A DNA stretch of 64,000 nt from a virus (taxonomy: Duplodnaviria; Caudoviricetes): positions 449 to 64,448 of IMG/VR virus record IMGVR_UViG_3300022173_000137; one strand, written 5' to 3'. Positions 41,350 to 50,463 of the stretch are shown here, in pieces. The number at the start of each line of letters is the position of its first letter. Position 1 is the first letter of the stretch. The notes under the pieces were generated by a model that worked only from the letters and a program-made list of their open reading frames with translations, was not told the DNA's origin and ran no database searches. Made by a program: the position numbers and the translations under genes.

Positions 41350-41897
41350 TCGTCGCCATCCACCAGCCCAACTTCTGCCCGTGGCTTCCCTTCTTCAAGA
41401 AGGTCGAGGCCGCTGACCTGTTCGTCATCCTCACTCACTGCCAATACACCCGCGACTGCTACCAGCAGCGGTTCAACATGGCCGGGAAGTGGTACAGCAT
41501 GGGCGTGAACCACAAGTTCGGAGAGGCCATCCGCGAGAAGCGTTACGTCAACCACCAGGAGGACTGGGCGAAGATCCGGCGCAGGGTGAACAAGCCGGTG
41601 GCGGACGACCTGACGCCGTACATCCGGGAGAGCCTGGTCGATACCAATGTCTCCATCATCATCCACATGATGGGCCTGCTGGGCATCAGGACGCCGGTCG
41701 TCCTGGATTATCCAACAGCATTGACGGGGACCGAGCGATTGGTTGATATATGCCGTCACTTCAAAGCCACCCGCTACCTGGCCGGACGCAGCGGTGCTGG
41801 TTATATGGACGCCTCGCAGTTCGTGACGGCAGGCATCGCGGTGGATTACCAGCAAGTCTCGCCTGAAGATTCCAAGCACGTATTCGAGATCCTATGA
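41346..41897 (+). CDS. wbqC: WbqC-like protein
   Basis: VAIHQPNFCPWLPFFKK...DLFVIL...QY...YQQR...YLAGRSG..YMD. Confidence 0.88.
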   Translation: MIVAIHQPNFCPWLPFFKKVEAADLFVILTHCQYTRDCYQQRFNMAGKWYSMGVNHKFGEAIREKRYVNHQEDWAKIRRRVNKPVADDLTPYIRESLVDTNVSIIIHMMGLLGIRTPVVLDYPTALTGTERLVDICRHFKATRYLAGRSGAGYMDASQFVTAGIAVDYQQVSPEDSKHVFEIL

Positions 41898-42670
41898 ACC
41901 ACCCGTTCGACACCGTGGTGCTGAGCACCAACCTCAACCCGAAGTATTGTGAGTTCTGGCCCATCGTTGCCCAGGCGTGGCACAAGCTCTTCGGTGTGAC
42001 CGTCCACCTGGCCGTGGTGGGCGAAGCGTGCCCACTGGCCACCTTCGACTACACGCACATCCATTTCTTCAAGCCGGTGGACGGCGTGCCGATAGCGAAC
42101 CAGGCCAAGGTCGCCCGCTACTACGTGGCGTCCATGCTCCCCGATTCGCTGGTGGTGATGACCAATGACATCGACCTCCTGCCTCTCAACCAGCACCACA
42201 TCCTCGGCATGATGGCCAACCGAAAAGAGGGAGCACTGATGACCTTCGGCTCGGAATTCTACACCGACGCGGAGGACGGGAAGTGCATGGCGGGCTACCT
42301 CACGGCGGAGAGCAGCGTGTTCCGCAAGCTCTTCAACGTCGGGCCTCACAATGGCTGGGCCGAGTTTGTGCAGTCCTTCATTGGCATCCGCAGGTTCGAC
42401 TCGAAGGAGAACATCCTGAACAACATTCACCATGAGCACCCCGACACCTTCTCGGACGAGTCGCTCCTACGCTACCTGCTGTTCGGAGACACGGTGCCGC
42501 TGGACGAGCGCCCGCTGGTCCACTTTCCAGACCGGATGCTTGACCGCGCCAACTGGCAGCTCGACCCGGTGAAGTTGAAGGCCGACTACTACGTGGACTG
42601 TCACTTGCCGCGACCGCTGGCTGCCAACCACGCTCGCATTGAACCACTGCTGCAACACCTGGGACTTTGA
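41894..42670 (+). CDS. Glycosyltransferase-like protein
   Basis: Y..FWPIVA.AW...KVARYY...TNDIDLLPL (DxD), SDE. Confidence 0.65.
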   Translation: MNHPFDTVVLSTNLNPKYCEFWPIVAQAWHKLFGVTVHLAVVGEACPLATFDYTHIHFFKPVDGVPIANQAKVARYYVASMLPDSLVVMTNDIDLLPLNQHHILGMMANRKEGALMTFGSEFYTDAEDGKCMAGYLTAESSVFRKLFNVGPHNGWAEFVQSFIGIRRFDSKENILNNIHHEHPDTFSDESLLRYLLFGDTVPLDERPLVHFPDRMLDRANWQLDPVKLKADYYVDCHLPRPLAANHARIEPLLQHLGL

Positions 42671-42673
42671 TTT

Positions 42674-43198
42674 ATGCCTGACGCCTTCTTCAACTTTGAA
42701 CCGTTTTACCGCTACGTCGGCAGCTTCAAAGACTTCTCCGCGTTCGTCGAGGTCGGCGTGTTCCAGGGCGCGAGCTGTTCGTTCCTGGCCAAGCTGCTTC
42801 AGGAGCGCGGCACGCCGTTTAGTCTCTACGCCGTGGACCTGTGGGATGAGGTCAACAACAAGACGGACTACGACCGGCAGGTGGGGAAGGACGTTCTGGA
42901 CGCGTTCCTCGCCCGTCTGGTTGCGGATGGGACGAAGGAGAGCGTGACCATCGTGAAGGAGGAGAGCGCCGTGGCTGCGTCACGCTTCTCAAACCGCTCG
43001 CTGGACTTCGTGTTCATCGACGCCAACCACACCTACGAGCACGTCGTCGCGGACATCAAAGCCTGGAAGCCGAAGATCAAACCGGGTGGGATGCTGGCCG
43101 GTCACGACTACGGCGAACCCTGCGGCGTGAAGCAGGCCGTGGACGAACTCATCTACCCTCTCAGCACGACGGGCACCTGCTGGTATTGCTTCCCATGA
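42674..43198 (+). CDS. Class I SAM-dependent methyltransferase (Methyltransf_24-like)
   Basis: FVEVGVFQGAS, DFVFIDANHTYE.V..DI..W..KIKPGG.LAGHDY. Confidence 0.9.
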   Translation: MPDAFFNFEPFYRYVGSFKDFSAFVEVGVFQGASCSFLAKLLQERGTPFSLYAVDLWDEVNNKTDYDRQVGKDVLDAFLARLVADGTKESVTIVKEESAVAASRFSNRSLDFVFIDANHTYEHVVADIKAWKPKIKPGGMLAGHDYGEPCGVKQAVDELIYPLSTTGTCWYCFP

Positions 43199-44079
43199 CT
43201 GATCCATTCGACAGCGTAGATTTCGAGCCGCTCTACTACGACATCAACGCGGCCATGCGCTTCCTGCGCGAGCTGCCCAACCATCACTGTGTCCCCGCGC
43301 CAATCGACTTCCATCTCTACTGGAAGACGGTGCGCCCGTTTGGCCGCAAGCAGATTCTCCCCATCAAGTCGTTCCTGGCCACGCAGCCTGCTGAGTTCAA
43401 GCTGAACCTCTGGAGCAACACGGACCTGACGAGCAATGAGTTTCTGCGGCCCTGGCTGGACCGGATCACCTTCCGGCTTTACAACCCTGCCGCCGAAGGT
43501 CGGAACACGGTGCTGGAGGGCCGCTCACAACTCTTCCATGACGACGAGGCCGTCTTCAGCGGCGGTGACCTGTTCCGGGCGCTCATCCTGCACAATTACG
43601 GCGGCTGCTACGTGGACATGGACTCTGTGTTCCTGCGCTCCTTTGAACCGCTCTTCGGGAAGGAGTTCATGTATAAATGGAGCTTCCAGAAGGACATGAT
43701 CTCCAGCGCCGTGATGTATCTGCACCGGCACGGCACAGTCGCCCGCGAGCTGCTCAACGGCATCCTGGAGCTGACGGCGGGCGGCACGCACTGGGGCTGC
43801 CACAACAACATGCGGGCGTATGCCAAGCACCCGTTCCGCATCTTCCCAGCCGCCTTCTTCAATCCAGAGTGGCAAATACAGTTGACGGAGGCCGAGAAGG
43901 CACAGACGCCGGACTTCGGCGAGCCGTTCAAGGTCAACGCCTGGACGAACAGCATGTTTGAAGGCTCCTTCGTCTGGCACTGGCACAACCGCTGGGACGA
44001 GCCAATTGAACCCGGCTGCAAGTATGAGAAGCTCGAAATGGCCACCGATAGGAAACTCAAGGAAATGGGACTGCTATGA
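43195..44079 (+). CDS. GT32/OCH1-like glycosyltransferase (DxD)
   Basis: DLFRALILHNYGGCYVDMD. Confidence 0.85.
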   Translation: MTDPFDSVDFEPLYYDINAAMRFLRELPNHHCVPAPIDFHLYWKTVRPFGRKQILPIKSFLATQPAEFKLNLWSNTDLTSNEFLRPWLDRITFRLYNPAAEGRNTVLEGRSQLFHDDEAVFSGGDLFRALILHNYGGCYVDMDSVFLRSFEPLFGKEFMYKWSFQKDMISSAVMYLHRHGTVARELLNGILELTAGGTHWGCHNNMRAYAKHPFRIFPAAFFNPEWQIQLTEAEKAQTPDFGEPFKVNAWTNSMFEGSFVWHWHNRWDEPIEPGCKYEKLEMATDRKLKEMGLL

Positions 44080-44678
44080 GACTCGTCGCAATAAACAAGG
44101 AGCACACGCTGGACGTGGACCGGCTGCGAAACGGCTACGTGCTCGACGTGGGCTGCCGCTTCTTCGACTTCACCCAGGAGATCGTGAATGGCGGCAACTG
44201 CGTCGTCGCCATCGACCCCAGCCGTGAGGTTGTGGAGCCGAACATCAAAGGCGTGATCTTCGAGCAGTGCGCCCTGGTCGGCACTCCAACTCCGGGCGGG
44301 CTGATGTTCTGCGACAACGCCGACGCTGCGCACCTGGTCCATGACCACCGTGGTGAGACGTGTGGTGTGCCTCAATACAAGGTGCCATGCAGCACCGTCA
44401 CGGACCTGTTGACGAAGTATTGTCTCAGCCGGTTCGAGGCCGTGAAGCTGGACTGTGAGGGCGCGGAGTTCGAGATCCTGCGACACTGGCCAGGCCCAGT
44501 GGCCGATCAGGTCACTGTCGCCTTCCATGACTTCGTGAACCCGACCTGGTGCGCCACTCAGTATCCAAAGATTCTGGAGCACATGAGCCAGTGGTACGAA
44601 ATCGTCCAGCATCTGAGCTACGTGCGCCACGGCCACCCCGTCCCCTGCTTCTGGGACACACTCTTCGTGCTGAAATGA
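44076..44678 (+). CDS. FkbM-family methyltransferase
   Basis: VLDVGC...VVAIDP...VKLDCEGAEFEIL...Q.TV.FH. Confidence 0.85.
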   Translation: MRLVAINKEHTLDVDRLRNGYVLDVGCRFFDFTQEIVNGGNCVVAIDPSREVVEPNIKGVIFEQCALVGTPTPGGLMFCDNADAAHLVHDHRGETCGVPQYKVPCSTVTDLLTKYCLSRFEAVKLDCEGAEFEILRHWPGPVADQVTVAFHDFVNPTWCATQYPKILEHMSQWYEIVQHLSYVRHGHPVPCFWDTLFVLK

Positions 44679-45550
44679 GGTGGCTCATCATCCAGTCGGA
44701 CGGCCAGCACAAGGGCCAGGACACCTGGGCACCCAACTGGTTCCTGCGTGAGTGCTACGGCATTCAGGACGCATTGCTCCGCAACGGCCACCAGGCTGAG
44801 GTGTGGGGGCTGCGCCATCCCAACTACGCCGTCACACCGGACTTCAACTCCTACGATTACATCCTCATCGCGGAGAACTACGAGTTCGACTGGATACCGG
44901 ATCTCTCTGGCACGAAGCCGGTCAAGATTCAGTGGATCATCGATCTCCATTACCAGAATGCCGGTCCCTACCTGAGAATCTGCGAACGGCTCAAGCCACA
45001 GATTGTGCTGCACGCCACGAAGAAGCTCATGGCTGGTTTCGAGATTCAGTATCCGGCCAAGCACATCTACTTCCCCAACGCGATAGACGACCGCTACTTC
45101 AACCCGGCGCGGCACACGGACGAGGTAAAGTCCCGTCGCATCATCTTCGTTGGCGGTCGTGGCACCCGTGAAGAGATCCTGCTCAAGATGGAGCGGGAGG
45201 CCGGGCTGGAGTGCTACTACGGCGTCACTGGTTACGAATACATCAAGCTGCTGGCAATGGCTGACATCCAGTTCAACAAGGCGCTCGACTGCGATGTCAA
45301 CTACCGGAACTTCGAGACCATCGCGATGGGCACCTGCCTGCTGACTGACTACAGCAAGGAGCTGGAAGCCCTGGGGTTTTATCACGGCGAAAACTGTCTC
45401 ACCTACATGGACCCAAGGCAGGCGGTCGGCTTCGCCCGTGACGCCCTCAACGAGCCAGAGTATCGGCAGAGCATCGCCCAACGCGGCCAAGCCCTTTCCC
45501 TCCTGCACACCTACACCGCCCGCATCGCCACGCTACTTAAACAGCTATGA
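44675..45550 (+). CDS. GT-B glycosyltransferase (CgeB-like C-terminal domain)
   Basis: FPNAID, FVGG, I.FNK...D.NYRNFE..AMG..LLTD, HTY..R. Start MRWLII by ATGA overlap. Confidence 0.85.
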   Translation: MRWLIIQSDGQHKGQDTWAPNWFLRECYGIQDALLRNGHQAEVWGLRHPNYAVTPDFNSYDYILIAENYEFDWIPDLSGTKPVKIQWIIDLHYQNAGPYLRICERLKPQIVLHATKKLMAGFEIQYPAKHIYFPNAIDDRYFNPARHTDEVKSRRIIFVGGRGTREEILLKMEREAGLECYYGVTGYEYIKLLAMADIQFNKALDCDVNYRNFETIAMGTCLLTDYSKELEALGFYHGENCLTYMDPRQAVGFARDALNEPEYRQSIAQRGQALSLLHTYTARIATLLKQL

Positions 45551-46245
45551 AAAAACATTGTGTGATCAACTTCGCCACCAATGCCTGGTATCCTCGCGGC
45601 CAGCAGCGCCTCGTCCAGTCTCTGAAGGAACACGGCTTCGACGGCGACGTGCTCACGTTCGACAACGAGGCGGCGATGGGCTGTCCGACGCACCAGCAGG
45701 CTCCGTACGCCTTCAAGCCCTACGCGCTGAAGTATGCTTACGAGAAGGGCTACGAGCGTGTGCTCTGGGCCGACGCCTCCGTGTGGGCCATCAAGCCGGT
45801 CAACGCCGTGTTCAAATATCTGGAGGAGCACTCCCACATGCTCTTCGTCAACGCCAACGCTGGCATCTTCACGAGCGACGCCTGCATCAACGCAATGGGC
45901 GTCGGGCGCGAGGAGTCCTTCAACATCGTCATGCTGATGGGCATCTGCATGGGATTCAACATGACCTCGCCGGTCTGCCAGTCCTTCCTCGAAGACTGGT
46001 TCAAGCACGCCAACGATGGCGTCACGTTCCCTGGCAAGTGGACCAACGACGATGGCAGCGTGTCCAGCGACCCACGCGTGAAGGGCCATCGTCACGACCA
46101 GTCGGTGGCCAGCATCCTCGCGCACCGCCGCAACATGGAGCTGATCGTCGCGCACTACACATTCATGGAGTATCTCGCCAACCCGTGGCCCAACCACGAG
46201 ATGCCGAAAGTTGAAAGTGTTTGCCTGGCCGCGCAGGGGATGTGA
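45547..46245 (+). CDS. Glycosyltransferase-like protein
   Basis: YAFKPY.L...VLWADAS...HRHDQS..SIL. Confidence 0.7.
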   Translation: MKKHCVINFATNAWYPRGQQRLVQSLKEHGFDGDVLTFDNEAAMGCPTHQQAPYAFKPYALKYAYEKGYERVLWADASVWAIKPVNAVFKYLEEHSHMLFVNANAGIFTSDACINAMGVGREESFNIVMLMGICMGFNMTSPVCQSFLEDWFKHANDGVTFPGKWTNDDGSVSSDPRVKGHRHDQSVASILAHRRNMELIVAHYTFMEYLANPWPNHEMPKVESVCLAAQGM

Positions 46246-46257
46246 GTTCTTCTGAGC

Positions 46258-46956
46258 GTGGACAGCCATCAGCTCATCAACCAGACCAGCGGGGACACAG
46301 AATACTACACGCCGGAGTTCATCACGGACGGCAGCCGCCTGGTGATGGGCCGCATCGACCTGGACCCGGCCACCAGCAAGACGGCCAACCACTTCGTCAA
46401 GGCCGAGCACATCTTCACCGCTGCGGATGACGGGCTGACCCAGGACTGGTTCGGCTGCGTCTGGATGAACCACCCGTTCCACCAGGGCTGGAAGGCGTGC
46501 GGCCCGGACTGCCAGCGCACCAGTTGCCTGAAGATCGACAAGAAGACCGGCAAGGCCCGTGGCCACATCTACCACGACATCGCCAGCAACTCCGACTGGA
46601 TCAGGAAGTACATCGACGAATACAAGGTAGGCCGGGTGGAGCAGGCGTGCTGCATCACTTATGCCTGCACGTCAGAGGCTTGGTTCAGGCCGCTCATGCG
46701 CCATCCGCAGTGCTTCCTGTCGCCGCGCACCAACTACTACCTCCCGGACGGCACACTGAAGGCCGGAGTCACCAAGGGGTCGGTCGTGACCTACCTGGGT
46801 GACAACCTCGACGCCTTCGCAGACGTGTTCTCTAAGTATGGCGAGGTCAAAGTGGCCTACCGCCGCCCGGCCAGCGTGGCGAAGCTAGTTAGTACGCATG
46901 AATGCAAAACGGCTGATTCTCGAACAAGACGAACTGGTGGCAGACCTGTCGCTTGA
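46258..46956 (+). CDS. dam: Phage DNA N6-adenine methyltransferase (Dam_phage type)
   Basis: EYYTP..I...IDLDPATS...DGL..DW...VWMNHPF (NPPF variant); GTTCTT-N6-GTG upstream. Confidence 0.8.
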   Translation: MDSHQLINQTSGDTEYYTPEFITDGSRLVMGRIDLDPATSKTANHFVKAEHIFTAADDGLTQDWFGCVWMNHPFHQGWKACGPDCQRTSCLKIDKKTGKARGHIYHDIASNSDWIRKYIDEYKVGRVEQACCITYACTSEAWFRPLMRHPQCFLSPRTNYYLPDGTLKAGVTKGSVVTYLGDNLDAFADVFSKYGEVKVAYRRPASVAKLVSTHECKTADSRTRRTGGRPVA

Positions 46957-47155
46957 GTTCGTGGAGAACGAGGTCGGTCGCCACGACTGGTCCAACAACT
47001 GGCCAAAGTTCAAACAAAAACACCAGACTGAGGACGCGCTGAAGGTCGTCATTCAAACGTGGCTGCAAGGAATCGGAGCGCAGTGCGACCCGTCCTTGTT
47101 GGTCATTCATATTGACGGCCTCTGTGCGAACCAGACTGGAAAGAAATGGAGATAG
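46898..47155 (+). CDS. Small protein, candidate internal head protein
   Basis: MNAKRLILEQDE; TAGTTAG-N5-ATG lies inside the 3' end of dam. Confidence 0.65.
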   Translation: MNAKRLILEQDELVADLSLEFVENEVGRHDWSNNWPKFKQKHQTEDALKVVIQTWLQGIGAQCDPSLLVIHIDGLCANQTGKKWR

Positions 47156-47159
47156 TAAA

Positions 47160-47657
47160 ATGAAAATGAAGTTCAGTCTTAGTCCCCTGCAAAGCCTCCT
47201 CGCCCTGGCAGCCCTCATCGTCGGGCTGACCTGCCTCAACACCGGCTGCATGACCACCAAGGCTCCCGATGGCACGACCGTCGTGGACACCAACCGGGTG
47301 GAAAAGCTGGCAGCCGTCCTCAAGACCACCGTGAGTGATGTCGTCATCCTCGCTGCGGAAGACCGCAAGCAGGAGACGCGCAACCACATCATCCTCGCTC
47401 GAAACGTCATCAACGGCCTGATCGCCACGGGTGACACCACGCCCAGCTCCCTCCAGGACGCCCTGGGTCCACAGCTCAGAAACGCGAAGCCTGAAGTGAA
47501 GGTCGCGATCAGCACCGCCCTCGGTCTGTTCGAGATTTACTACGGCGACTACGTGAAGGGAAAGATTGGTGGGAACATCTACGCCGCCAAGTTCCTGACC
47601 GCCGCTGTGGAAGGAATTGACCGTGGACTCTCGATGGCCCCTCCGGTAAACCAGTAG
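47160..47657 (+). CDS. Lipoprotein
   Basis: MKMK + hydrophobic core + LNTGC lipobox. Confidence 0.75.
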   Translation: MKMKFSLSPLQSLLALAALIVGLTCLNTGCMTTKAPDGTTVVDTNRVEKLAAVLKTTVSDVVILAAEDRKQETRNHIILARNVINGLIATGDTTPSSLQDALGPQLRNAKPEVKVAISTALGLFEIYYGDYVKGKIGGNIYAAKFLTAAVEGIDRGLSMAPPVNQ

Positions 47658-47659
47658 CA

Positions 47660-48307
47660 ATGGCCGCGTCACCCTGCCAAGTTCTCGACGGTTTAGCCGC
47701 TGCCCAAGTCGAAGTGCGGCGGCGGCTAAACCGCAAGTTCAACGCCCTGCTCCGGCTCTCCCAGCTCCTGGAGCAGCTCGGTGACACGACCATCCTTTTC
47801 CCCAACCTGTCGCAGTTGATTCCGGTGGTGAACATCGACTTCAACACGTACGAGAGCCTGCGCCAGAACTGCCAGTTTCTGAACCTTCCGCCCGCTGAGG
47901 GCAATGCAGCGACCGCCGTCCAGGCGCTGAGACGGCGCGTCACGGACGCCTACGCTGTCCTGCTGCGCCAGCTTTCCAACTCCCCCAATTTCCGCCTCGG
48001 CAAGCTTCAGGAGTTTATGAACAAGGCCCAGGGCGACATGAACATGGACTTCGCCATTGCGGGCGACTACCTGCGCTGCGCCCAGACCGCGTGCAACACG
48101 GTCGGTGCCGTGGGGTCCACCTTGCAGGACATCGCCGATGCTGACATCCAGAAAGAGGCTGCCGACTTCACCTCCAAGTTCGTGACCAACAGCGGCAAGG
48201 TTCTGTCGGCTGGCGCGCAGTTCAAGTACGACCAGACCGCTGAAACCATCAAGCACCTGAAGGAGCTTTCTGTGGACGTGAGCGCCGACGTGTCGCTCGC
48301 CACCTAG
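47660..48307 (+). CDS. Hypothetical helical protein
   Basis: 215 aa, operon-coupled. Confidence 0.7.
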   Translation: MAASPCQVLDGLAAAQVEVRRRLNRKFNALLRLSQLLEQLGDTTILFPNLSQLIPVVNIDFNTYESLRQNCQFLNLPPAEGNAATAVQALRRRVTDAYAVLLRQLSNSPNFRLGKLQEFMNKAQGDMNMDFAIAGDYLRCAQTACNTVGAVGSTLQDIADADIQKEAADFTSKFVTNSGKVLSAGAQFKYDQTAETIKHLKELSVDVSADVSLAT

Positions 48308-48314
48308 TTAAGCT

Positions 48315-48746
48315 ATGGACAATGCCGACCAGGTTGTGACTGCGCTGCTCGAAGACGATGGTGACATCAAGCGCGAGCTGATGGAGAAGCCCTCCATCGA
48401 AGACAAGTTCTCGCGGGCCTACATCACGGCTGCACTGTGGTCCACCAACGATGAAGAGGGGGAACCGCTGGACGCCAAGTACGGCATATCGGACCTCGCG
48501 CCCGCAACACTGGTCGGAATGCTGGGCGACTGCGCTGACTTTCAGGCCAAACACCACGAGCTGCTCGACCAGGCTGGCGACGAAGAACAGAATGGCCACG
48601 ACTACTGGCTCTCCAGAAATGGCCACGGAGCCGGGTTCTTTGATAGAGGCTATCCTGATGAGGTCGGCGAAGTGCTTCAGGATCTCGCTCGCAAAGAGGG
48701 CGAGGTGAACCTCTACGTCGGCGATGACGGTAAAATCTACTCCTGA
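48315..48746 (+). CDS. Phage protein with a GHDYWLSRNGHGAGFFDR motif
   Basis: This motif recurs in phage/MGE proteins. N-terminus NADQVVTALLED; TAGTTAA-N3-ATG upstream. Confidence 0.75.
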   Translation: MDNADQVVTALLEDDGDIKRELMEKPSIEDKFSRAYITAALWSTNDEEGEPLDAKYGISDLAPATLVGMLGDCADFQAKHHELLDQAGDEEQNGHDYWLSRNGHGAGFFDRGYPDEVGEVLQDLARKEGEVNLYVGDDGKIYS

Positions 48747-48751
48747 CTTTT

Positions 48752-48934
48752 ATGGGTATGGACAACGAAGACGGAAAACATGTGGTGGTGGTGGACGGCA
48801 AGCGCGCCAGCAAGGCTTACGAGAACAAGAACGAAGCCGATGCTGAAGCGGAACGCCAGCGCAAGCGCCTCACCGAGACGCAGGGCAGTCCTGCGCCGCG
48901 TACGGTGGCCGTGAAACAGACCATCAACGGCTAA
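48752..48934 (+). CDS. Small hypothetical protein
   Basis: 60 aa, TAATG overlap with the next gene. Confidence 0.6.
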   Translation: MGMDNEDGKHVVVVDGKRASKAYENKNEADAEAERQRKRLTETQGSPAPRTVAVKQTING

Positions 48935-49590
48935 TGGCTGCGAAGCCAGCCGCCCCCGCAGTTCAAGCCAAGGCCGAAGCTCCAGCTCCGGTCAAGCGCA
49001 AGCCTTTTGCCAAGCCGGTGTTGATGGAGAACCCGGACCCGATCAGCTCCGCGCTCATGCGCGAGATCGTCAACCCCAGCTCGGATGACCCGTTGCCGAC
49101 AAGCAGCGTGCTGGACACGTTCGACAAGGTGGTCAAGGGCATCGTCAACGGCGAGGAGATGACCTCCTGCAAGGACAACATCATCCGGCTCATCTCCAAC
49201 CCGCAGGAGAAGGCCCAGGTCGTCCTGGGGATGCTGCTCAACGCCGACATCGAGCGCCTGGGCATGTTCGTGCGGATGCGTGAGCAGACCGAGCAGATGC
49301 TCAACCGGGCGATGGGCCGCAGTGACCTGACCTGTGCCGAGGCGCTCGCGTTCAACCGGATGGCCTGCATTGAAATCAGCACCATCCGTGCAGCCCTCGA
49401 AGCAGAGCAGCCAGTCGTGGACACCACCACGCTCACGGAGAAGATCGACTCCGGCAAGCAGCAGGTCGAACGGAAGATTGAGCGCACCTTGCAGCGCACC
49501 TCTCCGCAGGGCCGTGAGATCATTCGTCGCCGCATCTACGCGATGCAGAAGGAGACCGTCATTGATGTGCCCCGATCAGCCGACAAGTGA
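48934..49590 (+). CDS. Helical protein, possible small terminase or head protein
   Basis: 218 aa with coiled-coil character, ~1.1 kb upstream of terL. The function is inferred from position only. Confidence 0.55.
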   Translation: MAAKPAAPAVQAKAEAPAPVKRKPFAKPVLMENPDPISSALMREIVNPSSDDPLPTSSVLDTFDKVVKGIVNGEEMTSCKDNIIRLISNPQEKAQVVLGMLLNADIERLGMFVRMREQTEQMLNRAMGRSDLTCAEALAFNRMACIEISTIRAALEAEQPVVDTTTLTEKIDSGKQQVERKIERTLQRTSPQGREIIRRRIYAMQKETVIDVPRSADK

Positions 49591-49972
49591 CACGACCACT
49601 TTCCGGGTCACCAGCCATCCGCGTGGACGCTCGATAGGCCGCGCCATCCTCATCGTCACCTGTGGCTTTTCTCACAACAACACGGCTGAGACGATGCACA
49701 TCTCTCAGGACGGTGGTGCAGTCCTCGTCTCTGATGGCAGATACAACCGCACTGACGATCCACGCGTCACGATGGAACTGCTGGAGACGCTCTCCAACTA
49801 CTACAACACGCCGACCTGCACGAGTGATGACGCGCCTGTGTTCCGGCACATCAATGGCAACCTGGGCTACCTCTACCGTCCACCTGTCATCTGCCGTCAC
49901 ATCAAACGTCTCAAGCGCCGGATCATTCATCAGCCGTGCTGGCGTCGCAACCGCTGGAAGTCACTGACCTGA
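49565..49972 (+). CDS. Hypothetical protein
   Basis: 3' part of track ORF 49334..49972; start uncertain. Confidence 0.35.
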   Translation: MCPDQPTSDTTTFRVTSHPRGRSIGRAILIVTCGFSHNNTAETMHISQDGGAVLVSDGRYNRTDDPRVTMELLETLSNYYNTPTCTSDDAPVFRHINGNLGYLYRPPVICRHIKRLKRRIIHQPCWRRNRWKSLT

Positions 49973-49988
49973 TTTTGTTCTTAGCGGC

Positions 49989-50441
49989 GTGCGTCGCCGC
50001 AATCGTCATAAGAGAAAGAAGGCTCCTCTCGCCAGGAACAAGGAGGAGAAGTGCGTCACCAAGTTTTGCCGCAACAGGAAAGCCCTCAAGAGCGACGGCT
50101 ATTTCCTGGAGCACTGCTGGAAGTGCCGGTCCCGCCAGGCGAAGACCAAGAACCCCGTCAGCTACGTCCTCAACATGCTTCGGCACAGCGCCAAGAAGCG
50201 AAAACTTCCGTTTACTCTCACAATCGAGTCCTTCGCAGAGTTCTGTAAGGAAACTGGATACCTCGAAAAGCGAGGGAACAAGCCAGGCAGCATGACCATC
50301 GACCGGCGAGACTGGAACGAGGGTTATCACATCTGGAACATGCAAGTAATGACACATGCGGACAACAGCGCGCAGGGCGTGGACAACACACGCCGGGACG
50401 AACGCGGCTGCGTGACGCTGGGTGAGAATGAACCGTTCTGA
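49989..50441 (+). CDS. HNH-like endonuclease
   Basis: C..C Zn pairs, AKKR.LPF.L, TIDRRD..EGY...N.Q..T..DN..G; GTTCTT-N6-GTG upstream. Confidence 0.7.
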   Translation: MRRRNRHKRKKAPLARNKEEKCVTKFCRNRKALKSDGYFLEHCWKCRSRQAKTKNPVSYVLNMLRHSAKKRKLPFTLTIESFAEFCKETGYLEKRGNKPGSMTIDRRDWNEGYHIWNMQVMTHADNSAQGVDNTRRDERGCVTLGENEPF

Positions 50442-50463
50442 GAGTCAGTTCCCAGTGCCGCCG

